A stretch of DNA of 64,000 nucleotides from Armatimonadota bacterium. Its GTDB lineage: Bacteria > Armatimonadota > SYMT01. Position 1 is the first letter of the stretch. Every line of letters starts with the position of its first letter. Position numbers and translations under genes: made by a program. Under the pieces are notes generated by a model, which was given only the letters and a program-made list of their open reading frames with translations, had not been told where the DNA came from and did no database searches. Below are positions 40,776 to 49,767 of the stretch, in pieces. The DNA lies in the NCBI GenBank assembly GCA_046292385.1, contig JBKBRF010000035.1, positions 1 through 64,000 of the forward strand, given 5' to 3'.

Positions 40776-40830
40776 GTGGCCTCGGACTGAAGTCGAGGCT
40801 ACAGAAAGCGAAGCCCGCCTGCGCGGGCTG
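40776..40830. repeat. REP-like double hairpin
   Basis: TGTGGCCTCGGACTGAAGTCGAGGCTACA and AGCCCGCCTGCGCGGGCT palindromes. Confidence 0.55.
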
Positions 40831-40933
40831 AGGGGCCGAAGCTAGGTCGGGCAGTGGCTACTTTTGATCTCCTCCGGCCGGAAGTTTTCACGTCCACGTA
40901 GGGCGATTCGCTCGGGCGGGACGCGCGGAGTGC

Positions 40934-41368
40934 ATGTCCATGCTCGATCTGGATGCGCCTATAGTCCCCGGCCTATGCGCCGCCGGCATCAGTCTTGGGG
41001 AGAGCGCTGAAACGATTCTCGCGTGGCGGCCAAACCGCGAGTCCATCCTCCCCGATGGTTGCACGCGCCTGGAGTTCGGACCGGTCCACGTGTGGCTGAA
41101 AGATCAGGCAGTGATGCAGATCGGCGTCTACCGCGGCTATACCGGGAGATTGGCGGAGAGGATCGGAATCGCCTCGACTATCGCCGAAGTCGAGTCATTG
41201 CTTGGGCCGGTGATCGAGGACGAAGAAGACAATCTGGTTGTGGCTGCGGTCCCGGGTTGGTGCTTCGAAACCGAGGAATGGGTACGCCAGGGTGGTCCGC
41301 GCAAAAACACGGTCTCCCGGATAGTAGGGATTTTCGTCTTTCAGGCCGATCGCGAGCTCGCGCCATGA
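40934..41368 (+). CDS. Hypothetical protein (lower GC, possibly horizontally acquired)
   Basis: GGAG RBS, 144-aa ORF, IVPGLCAAGISLG..GIGIASTIAEVE-like pattern. Confidence 0.6.
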   Translation: MSMLDLDAPIVPGLCAAGISLGESAETILAWRPNRESILPDGCTRLEFGPVHVWLKDQAVMQIGVYRGYTGRLAERIGIASTIAEVESLLGPVIEDEEDNLVVAAVPGWCFETEEWVRQGGPRKNTVSRIVGIFVFQADRELAP

Positions 41369-41392
41369 GTGGGAGAGCTCGATCGCTTCTAG

Positions 41393-42253
41393 TCACCGCT
41401 GCCAGAGCTGGGTGAGCCAGTAAATCGCCGGGGCGGCGAAGAGGAGGCTGTCGAAGCGGTCCAGGATCCCGCCGTGGCCCGGCATCAGCGTGCCGAAGTC
41501 TTTCACGCCGATCTCCCGTTTGATGGCGCTCTTGCTCAGGTCCCCGAGCTGCGAGACGACGCCGGTCAGCGCCCCCCCGGCCAGGGCGAAGGCGGTGGGG
41601 AGGCCCAGCAGCGCTCCAAGGCCCCACGCCACCAGCACGGACGCGATAAAGCCGCCGACCGCGCCCTCCCACGTCTTGCCGGGACTCACCTCCGGCGCCA
41701 GCTTGTGGCGGCCCCACCGCTTTCCCACGAGGTAGGCGCCCGTATCGGTAGAGCTGGTGGTCACCAGCACCCAGAGCAGCAGCCAGGCTCCCTCGCCCAT
41801 GGCAGCCATCCAGTCGGGCAGGCCCGTCAGCGGTGTTAGGGGCAGCAACCGCAGCCGAAGCAGGTAGGGGAAGAGCCAGCCGATATAGAAGGCGCCGAAC
41901 CAGGTGGCGGGGAGCGCCTTGAGGGGCGCGCGGTCGCGGCGCAGCGCTTCCCACGCGAGGCTGCCGGTGAGCAGCAGCGTGAGACCGAACTGGAGAGTCA
42001 CGTCCGCAGCGCCGCGGAGCAGGGGAGTGGCCGCGAGGAGGAAGAGCAGCGCCGCGGCGTAGCCGACCCCTTCCCGGGGGAGCAGCCCGGCCTGCCGGCA
42101 CCCGTGATAGAGCTCCCACATCGCCCCGACGGTGAGCAGCAGCACCAGCAGCGCCAGCGGCCAGCCCCGGAACGGCGCGTCCCCACCGGGCCAGAGAACC
42201 ATCCCCAGCACGATCGGGGCGGCGACGAGGGCGCTCAGCAGGCGGACGAGCAT
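41393..42253 (-). CDS. cdsA: Phosphatidate cytidylyltransferase
   Basis: DTGAYLVG, VSPGKTWEG, GDLSKSAIKREIGVKDFGTLMPGHGGILDRFDS. Confidence 0.95.
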   Translation of the reverse strand: MLVRLLSALVAAPIVLGMVLWPGGDAPFRGWPLALLVLLLTVGAMWELYHGCRQAGLLPREGVGYAAALLFLLAATPLLRGAADVTLQFGLTLLLTGSLAWEALRRDRAPLKALPATWFGAFYIGWLFPYLLRLRLLPLTPLTGLPDWMAAMGEGAWLLLWVLVTTSSTDTGAYLVGKRWGRHKLAPEVSPGKTWEGAVGGFIASVLVAWGLGALLGLPTAFALAGGALTGVVSQLGDLSKSAIKREIGVKDFGTLMPGHGGILDRFDSLLFAAPAIYWLTQLWQR

Positions 42254-42451
42254 GACGGGTGAGAGGTGCTGGAGTAGGAGGCTGCCGGAGGCCGTGCGGG
42301 CGGAGCCGTGGCTGCGGGAAGGCGGCCGGGCGTTGGATATGTCTTAACACGCCCCGCGCGGGGCGTCCATGCGAACGCAGGTGGCCGGTCGCGGTACGTT
42401 GAAGCTATGCTGTCCGGGGTGGCCCTCCGTCACTCCATGTAAGAGAGAAGT

Positions 42452-43150
42452 ATGCGCAGTCCGTTCCCGCTCTTCGGTGCCCTCTTCGGTCTATCGCTCC
42501 TGATGCTCCCGTCTCCGGCCTCCTCCGGCAAGGGCAAGCGGCTGCTGCTGCCGGACCTGGTGCCCGCGGAAGGGACCGGCGGGCGCATGTTCGTGGAAGA
42601 GCTCGGCTCGCAGAAGCTGCTGCGCTTCGACGCCTACTTCGCCAACGTGGGCGACGGTCCGCTCACTCTCACCGGCCGCGCGAAGAAGGCGAAGAAGCGG
42701 CTTCCCGCCTGGCAGTCGGTGCGGCGCCTGGGGAAGAAGCCGCCGTTCAAGCACCCGATCGGCGAGTTCACCTGGCAGCCGGAGCGGGTGAAGTGGTCGC
42801 TCTTCCCGGTGGCGGAGTACCGCCTCCGGAACGAGGGCGGGCAGGTCGCCGCGCAGACCAAGATCTCGTTCTGCATGGTCGACAACGTGCGCGTGGCGCC
42901 CGACCTCCCCGGCAGCCCCACCGCCGGCGTCTACGTCACCTGCCCCGCTACTTCACGGCGGAAGAGCATCCAGATCGGCGTCTCCGTCGGCTGGGCCGAC
43001 ATCTACAAGGCGGAGCACCTGGGCCAGTGGATCGACGTCACGGACGTGCCCCCCGGCGACTACACGCTGGAAGTGGAGATCGATCCGGAAGGCCGCCTGC
43101 TGGAGAAAGACCGGTCGAACAACCGGGTGACCCTGCCGGTCACTCTCTGA
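42452..43150 (+). CDS. Lysyl oxidase-like paralog lacking the copper-binding histidines
   Basis: LPDLVP, LLRF..ANVGDGP, KISFCMVDN, GVSVGWADIY..GQWIDVTDVPPGDYTL; His segment reads FTWQPERVKWS. Confidence 0.8.
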   Translation: MRSPFPLFGALFGLSLLMLPSPASSGKGKRLLLPDLVPAEGTGGRMFVEELGSQKLLRFDAYFANVGDGPLTLTGRAKKAKKRLPAWQSVRRLGKKPPFKHPIGEFTWQPERVKWSLFPVAEYRLRNEGGQVAAQTKISFCMVDNVRVAPDLPGSPTAGVYVTCPATSRRKSIQIGVSVGWADIYKAEHLGQWIDVTDVPPGDYTLEVEIDPEGRLLEKDRSNNRVTLPVTL

Positions 43151-43306
43151 ACGGGGCCGCGGTTGCAGGTTGGCAAGTAGGCAGGTTGTCAGGTTAGCTC
43201 CCGGGCTGCCGGGTTCCGAACCTGACCCCTAACCCCCGGCCCCTGACCCCTGGCACGGCACTTCCGCCGTAAACGGCAACCTGTTATACTGGCTTCGGTT
43301 CCACCA

Positions 43307-43380
43307 CGGGGTGTAGCGCAGCTTGGTAGCGCGCCTGCTTTGGGAGCAGGAGGTCGCAGGTTCGAATCCTGTCGCCCCGA
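43307..43380 (+). tRNA. tRNA-Pro (TGG)
   Basis: CGGGGTG/CGCCCCG acceptor stem, D arm GCGC..GCGC, anticodon stem CCTGC-TTTGGGA-GCAGG, GGTTCGAATCC T loop; TATACT -10 upstream; CCA not encoded. Confidence 0.97.
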
Positions 43381-43480
43381 CTTTCCCCCGCCTCCGGTGT
43401 CCGCCCCGGCACCATCTCCCCGTCCAGCCCAGTTCGTGGCACGCAGGTCTTGTTGCGCGTGCACGCGCAGCCCCTCGCCA

Positions 43481-43608
43481 GGGATCTACGTCGCCCCCTT
43501 CGCTCGGGAGCGGGAGGCCTCACGCACGGATGCGCCCGGACGCTAGAGTCCGCGTTACCCGTCTGCGTACTCCGGACCAGTACGGCTGCCGAGATCCTTC
43601 CCTGCGTT
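43481..43608. repeat. Truncated copy of MITE-like element (family B)
   Basis: GGATCTACGTC...CCGGACCA..CGGCTGCCGAGATCCTTCCCTGCGTTC parallels 43684-43842. Confidence 0.65.
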
Positions 43609-43683
43609 CTCAAGAAACTCCCCCTCGAGCCAGCCCCATCGGATCAGCGTCAACCCAGCGTGAGCACAGCTCCGTCCCCGGTG

Positions 43684-43842
43684 GTCATCCTGACCGCAGG
43701 GAAGGATCTACGTCACTCGGCTCTCCAGAGGTACGGTGAGCACCCGCGTTCGGGAGCGCTCCGTCAGGCCGCGTCCTCGTCACTCCGATGCGTGCGCCGG
43801 ACCAAGCCGGCTGCCGAGATTCTTCACTGCGTTCAGAATGAC
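43684..43842. mobile_element. 159-bp MITE/REP-like element with 26-bp imperfect terminal inverted repeats
   Basis: GTCATCCTGACCGCAGGGAAGGATCT versus reverse complement of AGATTCTTCACTGCGTTCAGAATGAC, 22/26 match. Confidence 0.65.
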
Positions 43843-44345
43843 AAATTCGGTGAAAGGTGCCTGGGTCGGAGTGGATGACGGTGATCGATGGGCGACCCTC
43901 CCGTTTCTTCGGGCGGTGGTTGGCCCTCGGCCGTGCCTGCGGCTCAGGATGACTAGGGTAGGGGCACGTGAGCGGCCGTTCGTCTCTCGGGGCAGAACCT
44001 ACGCTGCGCCCAGGGCTCACCCACTTTACGGCGCGCCACACAAGCCACCGCACTCCACAGACTGCACCGGGATAGTCTCTCCTCAAGCGAAAGAGAATCC
44101 CCTCCGCGCCAGGGGCTGTCGTCTCCCCTGAAGGATCTCCAGCTCGACCACCAGGGGCATCCGGCGATCGCTCTCTCACCAGCGACGGCTATGCGCCGGG
44201 TCCCGCCAACGGCCCCTGCACCCTGCGGCTCCGAGCTTCTTCTACTTAAAAAGCCTTCGAGACTCGACCCACCGCGCCCGTTCGGGCGGATGATTTGGGA
44301 GTGGCGGCTTCGGAGCTGCCGGGGCTTGTCGGGAAGGAGTGGGGG

Positions 44346-45659
44346 ATGGCGGAGCAGGAGCGGCACGAGCCGTGGGAAGCGGGGATTACCTACGTGATCG
44401 GCCACCAGCGGCCGGACACCGACGCCATCGCCTCCGCGCTCGGTTACGCGTGGTACCTCTCGGAGCTGGAAGACTACCCGGTGGTGGCGGCACGGACCGG
44501 CCACCCGGCCGTCCAGACTCAGTTCGCGCTCCGGCGCTTCGAGCTGCGTCCGCCGCGGCTCCTCACCAGCGTGGCACCGACCTTCGGCCACATCGCCGTC
44601 CCGCAGGCGTGTGTCTCCCCTGAATCCGGACTCTCCGCCGCGATGGCGCAGATCGCCGCCGGCGCGCGGGTGGTGCCGGTCGCCCGGGGAGGCGTTCCGA
44701 GAGGCGTGGTCACCCCGATGGCCCTCGCGCACGCCTATGGAGGGGCGGGCCGCCCGGCCGTTTCCTGCGGCGAAGTGGCGGAAGCGGCGCCGGTGTTCGG
44801 CGCGACCGATCGCCTGAGCGACTACGACCGCGCGCTGCTGCGGCGCGATCAATCGGATTACCTCGTCACGGACGGCGACGGGAAGTACCTGGGCCTGGCG
44901 ACGCAGGCCGCGATGCTCAACCCGCCGCGGGCTCGACTGGTGCTGGTGGACCACAACGAGCTGACGCAGGCGGTCTCCGGCGCCGCGGAGGCGGAGATCG
45001 TCGGCGTGCTGGACCACCATCGCCTCGGCAACCCGCCCACCTCGATTCCGATCCCGTTCCTCGTCGATCCGGTGGGGAGCACCTGTACGCTGGTGACCGA
45101 GGCGTGCCGGCGGACCGGACTGGTGCCTCCCGCCAGCCTGGCCGGGCTGATGCTCGCGGGGATTCTCTCGGACACGCTGGTCTTCCGGTCGCCCACGGTG
45201 ACCGACCGGGATCGGAACGCCGCCGGCTGGCTGGCGAAGCTCGCCGACGTGGACGGCCGGGAGTTCGGCGACGAGCTGCTGCGCGCCAGCCCGGGCCTGG
45301 CGGGGCTGGATCCGGGGGCGATCGTTGACTCGGACCGCAAGAGCTATGAGATGGCGGAGCTCCCCGTCAGCATCGCCCAGATCGAGGTCTCCAGCTTCGC
45401 GGAGCTCTCCGGAGTGAAGGCGGATCTGCTGGCGGCGCTGGAGGACCGGCGGGAGCGGGAAGGGCTGGCGCTGATCGGGCTGATGGTCACGAATATCGTG
45501 AGCGGCCAGAGCCGCTGGCTCTGCGTCGGCGAGCCGCGGCTGCTGATCGCTCTCCCGTTCTCTCGGGTCGACGCCGGCGAGTGGGACCTGGGCGACTTCG
45601 TCTCCCGGAAGAAGCAGCTCGTGCCGGCGCTGGAGAGCGCGCTGGAGTTCGCCGCCTGA
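44346..45659 (+). CDS. ppaC: Manganese-dependent inorganic pyrophosphatase (family II, DHH) with degenerate CBS-like insert
   Basis: GHQRPDTDAIASA, LVDHNE..Q, LDHHRLG, PVGSTCT, ILSDTL.FRSPT, VSRKKQLVP. Confidence 0.88.
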   Translation: MAEQERHEPWEAGITYVIGHQRPDTDAIASALGYAWYLSELEDYPVVAARTGHPAVQTQFALRRFELRPPRLLTSVAPTFGHIAVPQACVSPESGLSAAMAQIAAGARVVPVARGGVPRGVVTPMALAHAYGGAGRPAVSCGEVAEAAPVFGATDRLSDYDRALLRRDQSDYLVTDGDGKYLGLATQAAMLNPPRARLVLVDHNELTQAVSGAAEAEIVGVLDHHRLGNPPTSIPIPFLVDPVGSTCTLVTEACRRTGLVPPASLAGLMLAGILSDTLVFRSPTVTDRDRNAAGWLAKLADVDGREFGDELLRASPGLAGLDPGAIVDSDRKSYEMAELPVSIAQIEVSSFAELSGVKADLLAALEDRREREGLALIGLMVTNIVSGQSRWLCVGEPRLLIALPFSRVDAGEWDLGDFVSRKKQLVPALESALEFAA

Positions 45660-45915
45660 GGTGACGGGAATCACTGTCGTGTAATCGAATAGAGTAGCCT
45701 TGTCTTGAAAGGTTGGAAGGGGTTCGTTTTCCAGGCGCAGAAACGGCGGGTGGCTAGGCCGGAGTACAAGCGGTTGTCAGAGGATCGTGCTGCCGCCCTC
45801 CGGCGAGCCTCCATCCGGGTCCGATCCGCGGAGTGGGGCCGAATCGCTCCGGCAACCCCGCCGCTCTTCATCTCGCTTCCCGGCGGGCCCCGCTCCATCT
45901 ACCAGAGGGAGGCAG

Positions 45916-46689
45916 ATGATGCGTTTCTCACCACTCGGCGCCGGCTTAGCGCTCTTCACGCTGCTCGCCACGGCAGCGGTGCCGGCTGCCCGACCCGCCG
46001 CGGCCCAGGGGGTGGAGACCCAGACCTGGGTCGTCATCGGCAGCGGCAAGAAGACCCCCGGCGCGCTGCGGCCTGCGGTGCTGCTCCAACTCGTCACCAC
46101 CGCGCTGGATGCCCAGACCTTCCCGGTCCGCGAGGTGCCGGCCGAGCTGAACCGGGCAATCCGGGCGCGAGGGCGTCTCTGGGTGACGCCGAAGGGCAGC
46201 ACGGTCTTCCGCGGCTTCCTCGGTCGGAAGGCTCGCACCAATGCAAAGGGATGGGGGGACGTCGTCCTTCTGAATAACGTCCCCACACTGCTCCAGAACA
46301 TGTCGGACGCGACGATGCAGGAGACGGAGGCCCTGGTGGTAGCCGAGGCCGACCCGCCGGACTACGAGACCGCCCACAGCCTGCTGGAAGAGGGACGCCA
46401 GAACCTGCAGGAAGTCCGGGACGAGCTGGCGCCCCCGGAGAGCCCGGGACCGCAGGGCTCGATCGCGCTGACCGGCAAGGCGCTGCGTAAGACGCTGAAG
46501 TCGATCGACAAGATCCTCGAGCGCGACGACCGCGCGCTGGAGTCACTCGAGCGACTGCGAAACGGGAAAGGCACCGAAGCCGACCGGACCGCCGTCCTCG
46601 TCAACCTGAAGAAGGCGCTGAAGGCGAAGCAGAGCGTCAACGAGACGCTCGCGAGCCGCTACCGCCGGGTGACCATGCCGCCCCGATAG
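45916..46689 (+). CDS. Secreted hypothetical protein
   Basis: GGAGG RBS, signal peptide, helical C-terminus. Confidence 0.65.
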   Translation: MMRFSPLGAGLALFTLLATAAVPAARPAAAQGVETQTWVVIGSGKKTPGALRPAVLLQLVTTALDAQTFPVREVPAELNRAIRARGRLWVTPKGSTVFRGFLGRKARTNAKGWGDVVLLNNVPTLLQNMSDATMQETEALVVAEADPPDYETAHSLLEEGRQNLQEVRDELAPPESPGPQGSIALTGKALRKTLKSIDKILERDDRALESLERLRNGKGTEADRTAVLVNLKKALKAKQSVNETLASRYRRVTMPPR

Positions 46690-46850
46690 CGGCGCGGCCC
46701 TCCGCCCTGCTGCGGTGACGGAACGGCAGCAGGGCGGGGCGCCTCCGGAGTGGCTTCACGAAGGGAGGGGCCGTGGTCGCCGGCGAACTATCGCTCGGCC
46801 CGGCCTGTCTCCGGCGGAGTCCCCCGCCGCCTCTCCCGTAAGCTCGCCCC

Positions 46851-47606
46851 GTGAGTCGCCTCTCCATCATCATTCCGGCCTACAACGAGGAAGCCACCCT
46901 GGCGACCGTCGTGGGCAAAGCGCTTCAGGTCCCGAATCTCCGAGAGATCGTGCTGGTGGACGACTGCTCCACCGACCGCACCGGGGAGATCGGCCTCCGC
47001 CTCGCCGGCGAGCATTCCCAGCTGCGGTACCTGCGCCTGGAGCGCAACTCCGGCAAGACGGCGGCGCTGCGGGCGGGGTTCGCTGCCAGCACCGGCGACG
47101 TGGTGATCGTCCAGGACGCCGACCTGGAGTACGATCCGTCGGAGATCCCGAGCGTGATCGAGCCGATCCTGGAGGGGACGGCGGACGTGGTTTACGGCTC
47201 CCGCTTCATGATCCGCCGCGCGGCGCGGGTGCTCTACTTCTACCACTACCTGGCAAATAAGTTCCTGACGTTCCTCTCGGACCTCTTCACCAACCTGAAC
47301 CTGACCGACGTAGAAACCGGCTACAAGGCGTTCCGGGGTGAGATCATCCGAAACATGGTGATCACCTCGAGCGGCTTCGGCTTCGAGATCGAGGTCACGG
47401 CGAAGGTCGCCAAGCTGCGCTGCGCCATCTACGAGACGCCGATCAGCTACTACGGCCGCACGTACGAAGAGGGGAAGAAGATCGGGATGAAGGACGGCCT
47501 GATGGCGATCTACTACATCCTGCGCTTCAATCTCTTCTGCCCGCTGGACGCCTCGTTCCGCAACCTGGACCGGCTGCGGGCGCTGGGCTATCTGCGGGAG
47601 AAGTAA
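46851..47606 (+). CDS. Glycosyltransferase family 2 (DPM1-like)
   Basis: IIIPAYNEE, VDDCSTD, QDADLEYDP, YGSRF, TDVETGYK, GRTYEEGKKIG. Confidence 0.93.
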   Translation: MSRLSIIIPAYNEEATLATVVGKALQVPNLREIVLVDDCSTDRTGEIGLRLAGEHSQLRYLRLERNSGKTAALRAGFAASTGDVVIVQDADLEYDPSEIPSVIEPILEGTADVVYGSRFMIRRAARVLYFYHYLANKFLTFLSDLFTNLNLTDVETGYKAFRGEIIRNMVITSSGFGFEIEVTAKVAKLRCAIYETPISYYGRTYEEGKKIGMKDGLMAIYYILRFNLFCPLDASFRNLDRLRALGYLREK

Positions 47607-47609
47607 GCA

Positions 47610-47640
47610 GCGGGGGAGAAGGGAAGCCCCTCTCCCCCGC
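47610..47640. terminator. Hairpin between convergent genes
   Basis: GCGGGGGAG..CTCCCCCGC inverted repeat. Confidence 0.55.
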
Positions 47641-47652
47641 ACGCCGGCAGGT

Positions 47653-48693
47653 CTACTTCTTGCGGACCGGCTTCTTCGCGGGCGCCTTCGCGGGCGCCGC
47701 GGGGACTTCCTGGTAGCTCATGTCCATCAGGCCGTCGATCCGCAGGCCGGACGGCGCGCCCGGCTGTCCCGCGGCTCCGGGAGGGGCCAGGCCGCCCAGG
47801 TCCATCACCATCGACATGTCCATGGTCACCTTACCGGAGACCACCGCTCCGCGCTTGATGTCGAAGCGGGTGAGGCTGGTGTAGTTCTGGCTGATCGACC
47901 GGACGGCACTCCCCATCTGCTCCGGCGTGCTGGCGCTGCCGACCGACTCGATCAGCGCGTGCTGCTTGCCGCCGGTGGTATCGATCCGCTTGAGAGTGTG
48001 GGTGAACTGGACTTCGAACTCCGGGACTTCCACGCCGGGGGCCGCGGCGCCGCCGCCGGGGAGCGGCGGCTTCACCTTGAGCTGGGTCTCCCAGACGTCG
48101 CCCACCGACACCGGCTCTTCCGGGAGCTCGAAGACGGTGTTCGTGCCGAAGCCGCCCCAGCTTGCCTGGGACTGCTGGACCGCCGCGCCGGTCATCCGCC
48201 CGCGGGTGTCCCGCTTGAACGGCACCGGCTTGCTGCCGCCGAGAATGCCGAGCGACTCGGCATTCATCCCCGGCATCTGCCCTTCTTGCTTCTGTCCGTT
48301 GACCAGGGTGGTCACCTTTCCACCCGCCGCCTTGATCTCGATCTTGTTGCCCAGGGCGTCGGTGGTGATGGTGGCGGTACCCGGCAGCATCGCCACCGAG
48401 GCGACGTTGTCCTTGACGCCGGTCACCTTCTCGCTATAGCTGGCGACCATCGTGACTCCGAACGGGATCGCCCCGACCGCCCCCGCGGCTCCACCTTCCG
48501 GCGTCATGGTCATGTCCATCTTGCCGGACAGCCGGAACTTCTGGATCTGGCCGGCCTTGTGCTTGTACTCCAGCTTTACGCCGGCCGGAGCGGTCTCCGG
48601 CATATCCTGGGCGCGCAGCGCTCCCGCCGTGAGGGTGGTCGCCAGGCCCGCCAGCAGGAGCGGCGCGACCGGGGCTGCCCGTAACAGTCTCAT
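47653..48693 (-). CDS. Secreted hypothetical beta-rich protein
   Basis: Signal peptide, VKLEYKHKAGQ, ELPEEPVSVGDVWE, FDIKRG motifs. Confidence 0.7.
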   Translation of the reverse strand: MRLLRAAPVAPLLLAGLATTLTAGALRAQDMPETAPAGVKLEYKHKAGQIQKFRLSGKMDMTMTPEGGAAGAVGAIPFGVTMVASYSEKVTGVKDNVASVAMLPGTATITTDALGNKIEIKAAGGKVTTLVNGQKQEGQMPGMNAESLGILGGSKPVPFKRDTRGRMTGAAVQQSQASWGGFGTNTVFELPEEPVSVGDVWETQLKVKPPLPGGGAAAPGVEVPEFEVQFTHTLKRIDTTGGKQHALIESVGSASTPEQMGSAVRSISQNYTSLTRFDIKRGAVVSGKVTMDMSMVMDLGGLAPPGAAGQPGAPSGLRIDGLMDMSYQEVPAAPAKAPAKKPVRKK

Positions 48694-48840
48694 CGGAATT
48701 CCTTTCCCTGGAGTCCGGACCCGCCAGGCGGCGTGCCGGCAATCAATCGATACGAGAATAGAACGTGGTTGGAAGATTGTTGGCTGCGGCTGGGTCGGAG
48801 CCCTGCCGGGGCGGCGCATGGAAACGGGGACGGGCGGCGC

Positions 48841-49764
48841 TTACTTCCGGCCGCGGCTCTGGGCTACGTGGAGGAGCGCGGCGTCCTCTCCCACTACCTG
48901 CAGCCCTTCGCGGGCGATGCGGACCGCGTCGGCCGCGCGTCCCCACTCTCGGTAGTTCAGCGCCAGCCAGCGGTAGGCATCCAGTCGTGCTTCCTGCTCC
49001 AGCTCGGTCAGCTCCCGGCCTGTCGGAACGAGCTCCAGCGCGCGGAGCAGGTGGCGCTCCGCCAGGTCGTACCGGCGCTTGTAAACGAGCCAGAAATGCC
49101 CCAGCTCCGTCTGGATCTCGAATGACGCGGGGTTGTGCCGCGCGCCTTCTTCCAGGTAGGCGATCCCGGCGTCGGCATGCTTTCCGGCGCGCGCGATCGA
49201 CTGCGCGCCGACGGTATACCCCTGGATGAAGTGCGGGTCGACCCGCGTCACGAGGCGGTAGAACGGGATCGTCTGGTCGGCGTCTTTGGCGTAGGCGGTG
49301 CCGTCCGGCCCGAGGTACGGCTTGGTCGCGCGCTCCAGGTCGCCCAGCACGCCGCGGAAGTCTTCTCGCGCGGGCGGGATGACGAAGACGTGCCCTGCCT
49401 CCTCTTCGGCGTGCTCTTCGTGCGAGTGCCGGTCGCCGCCCTCGGTGTTCTCTGCGTGAGCGTGGAACTCGCCCTGCCGGCTCTCCCGCTCTCCCGCCCG
49501 CGCCTCCCGCTCCTCCACGCCGGCGTGCAGCACCGCGTGGACCTTCAGCCAGAGGAACTGCGCGGCGAGGCGGCGGCCTTCCCAGGCGGCGCCGTCTTGC
49601 TCCGCCGCCCCGCGTACGGCGCCGAGCGCGGGGGCCACGGCTTCTCCGCCCCAGCCCAGGATCACGAGGCAGGCGACCAGCGCCGCCGCTCGGAGCAAGT
49701 CGGCCCGTCGATGCCGCGCGGGCTGGGCGGGTGACGGGAGGGAGGTAGTGTCGCGCAGTGCCAT
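48841..49764 (-). CDS. Membrane-anchored TPR-like protein with His/Glu-rich insert
   Basis: N-terminal TM, LAAQFLWLK, HAHAENTEGGDRHSHEEHAEEEAGH, DPHFIQGY, EEGARHNP. Confidence 0.7.
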   Translation of the reverse strand: MALRDTTSLPSPAQPARHRRADLLRAAALVACLVILGWGGEAVAPALGAVRGAAEQDGAAWEGRRLAAQFLWLKVHAVLHAGVEEREARAGERESRQGEFHAHAENTEGGDRHSHEEHAEEEAGHVFVIPPAREDFRGVLGDLERATKPYLGPDGTAYAKDADQTIPFYRLVTRVDPHFIQGYTVGAQSIARAGKHADAGIAYLEEGARHNPASFEIQTELGHFWLVYKRRYDLAERHLLRALELVPTGRELTELEQEARLDAYRWLALNYREWGRAADAVRIAREGLQVVGEDAALLHVAQSRGRK

Positions 49765-49767
49765 CGC

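Noticed and set aside
43381..44345. Prophage or island integrated at tRNA-Pro
   Set aside because: No integrase and no duplicated tRNA 3' end seen; only short repeats follow
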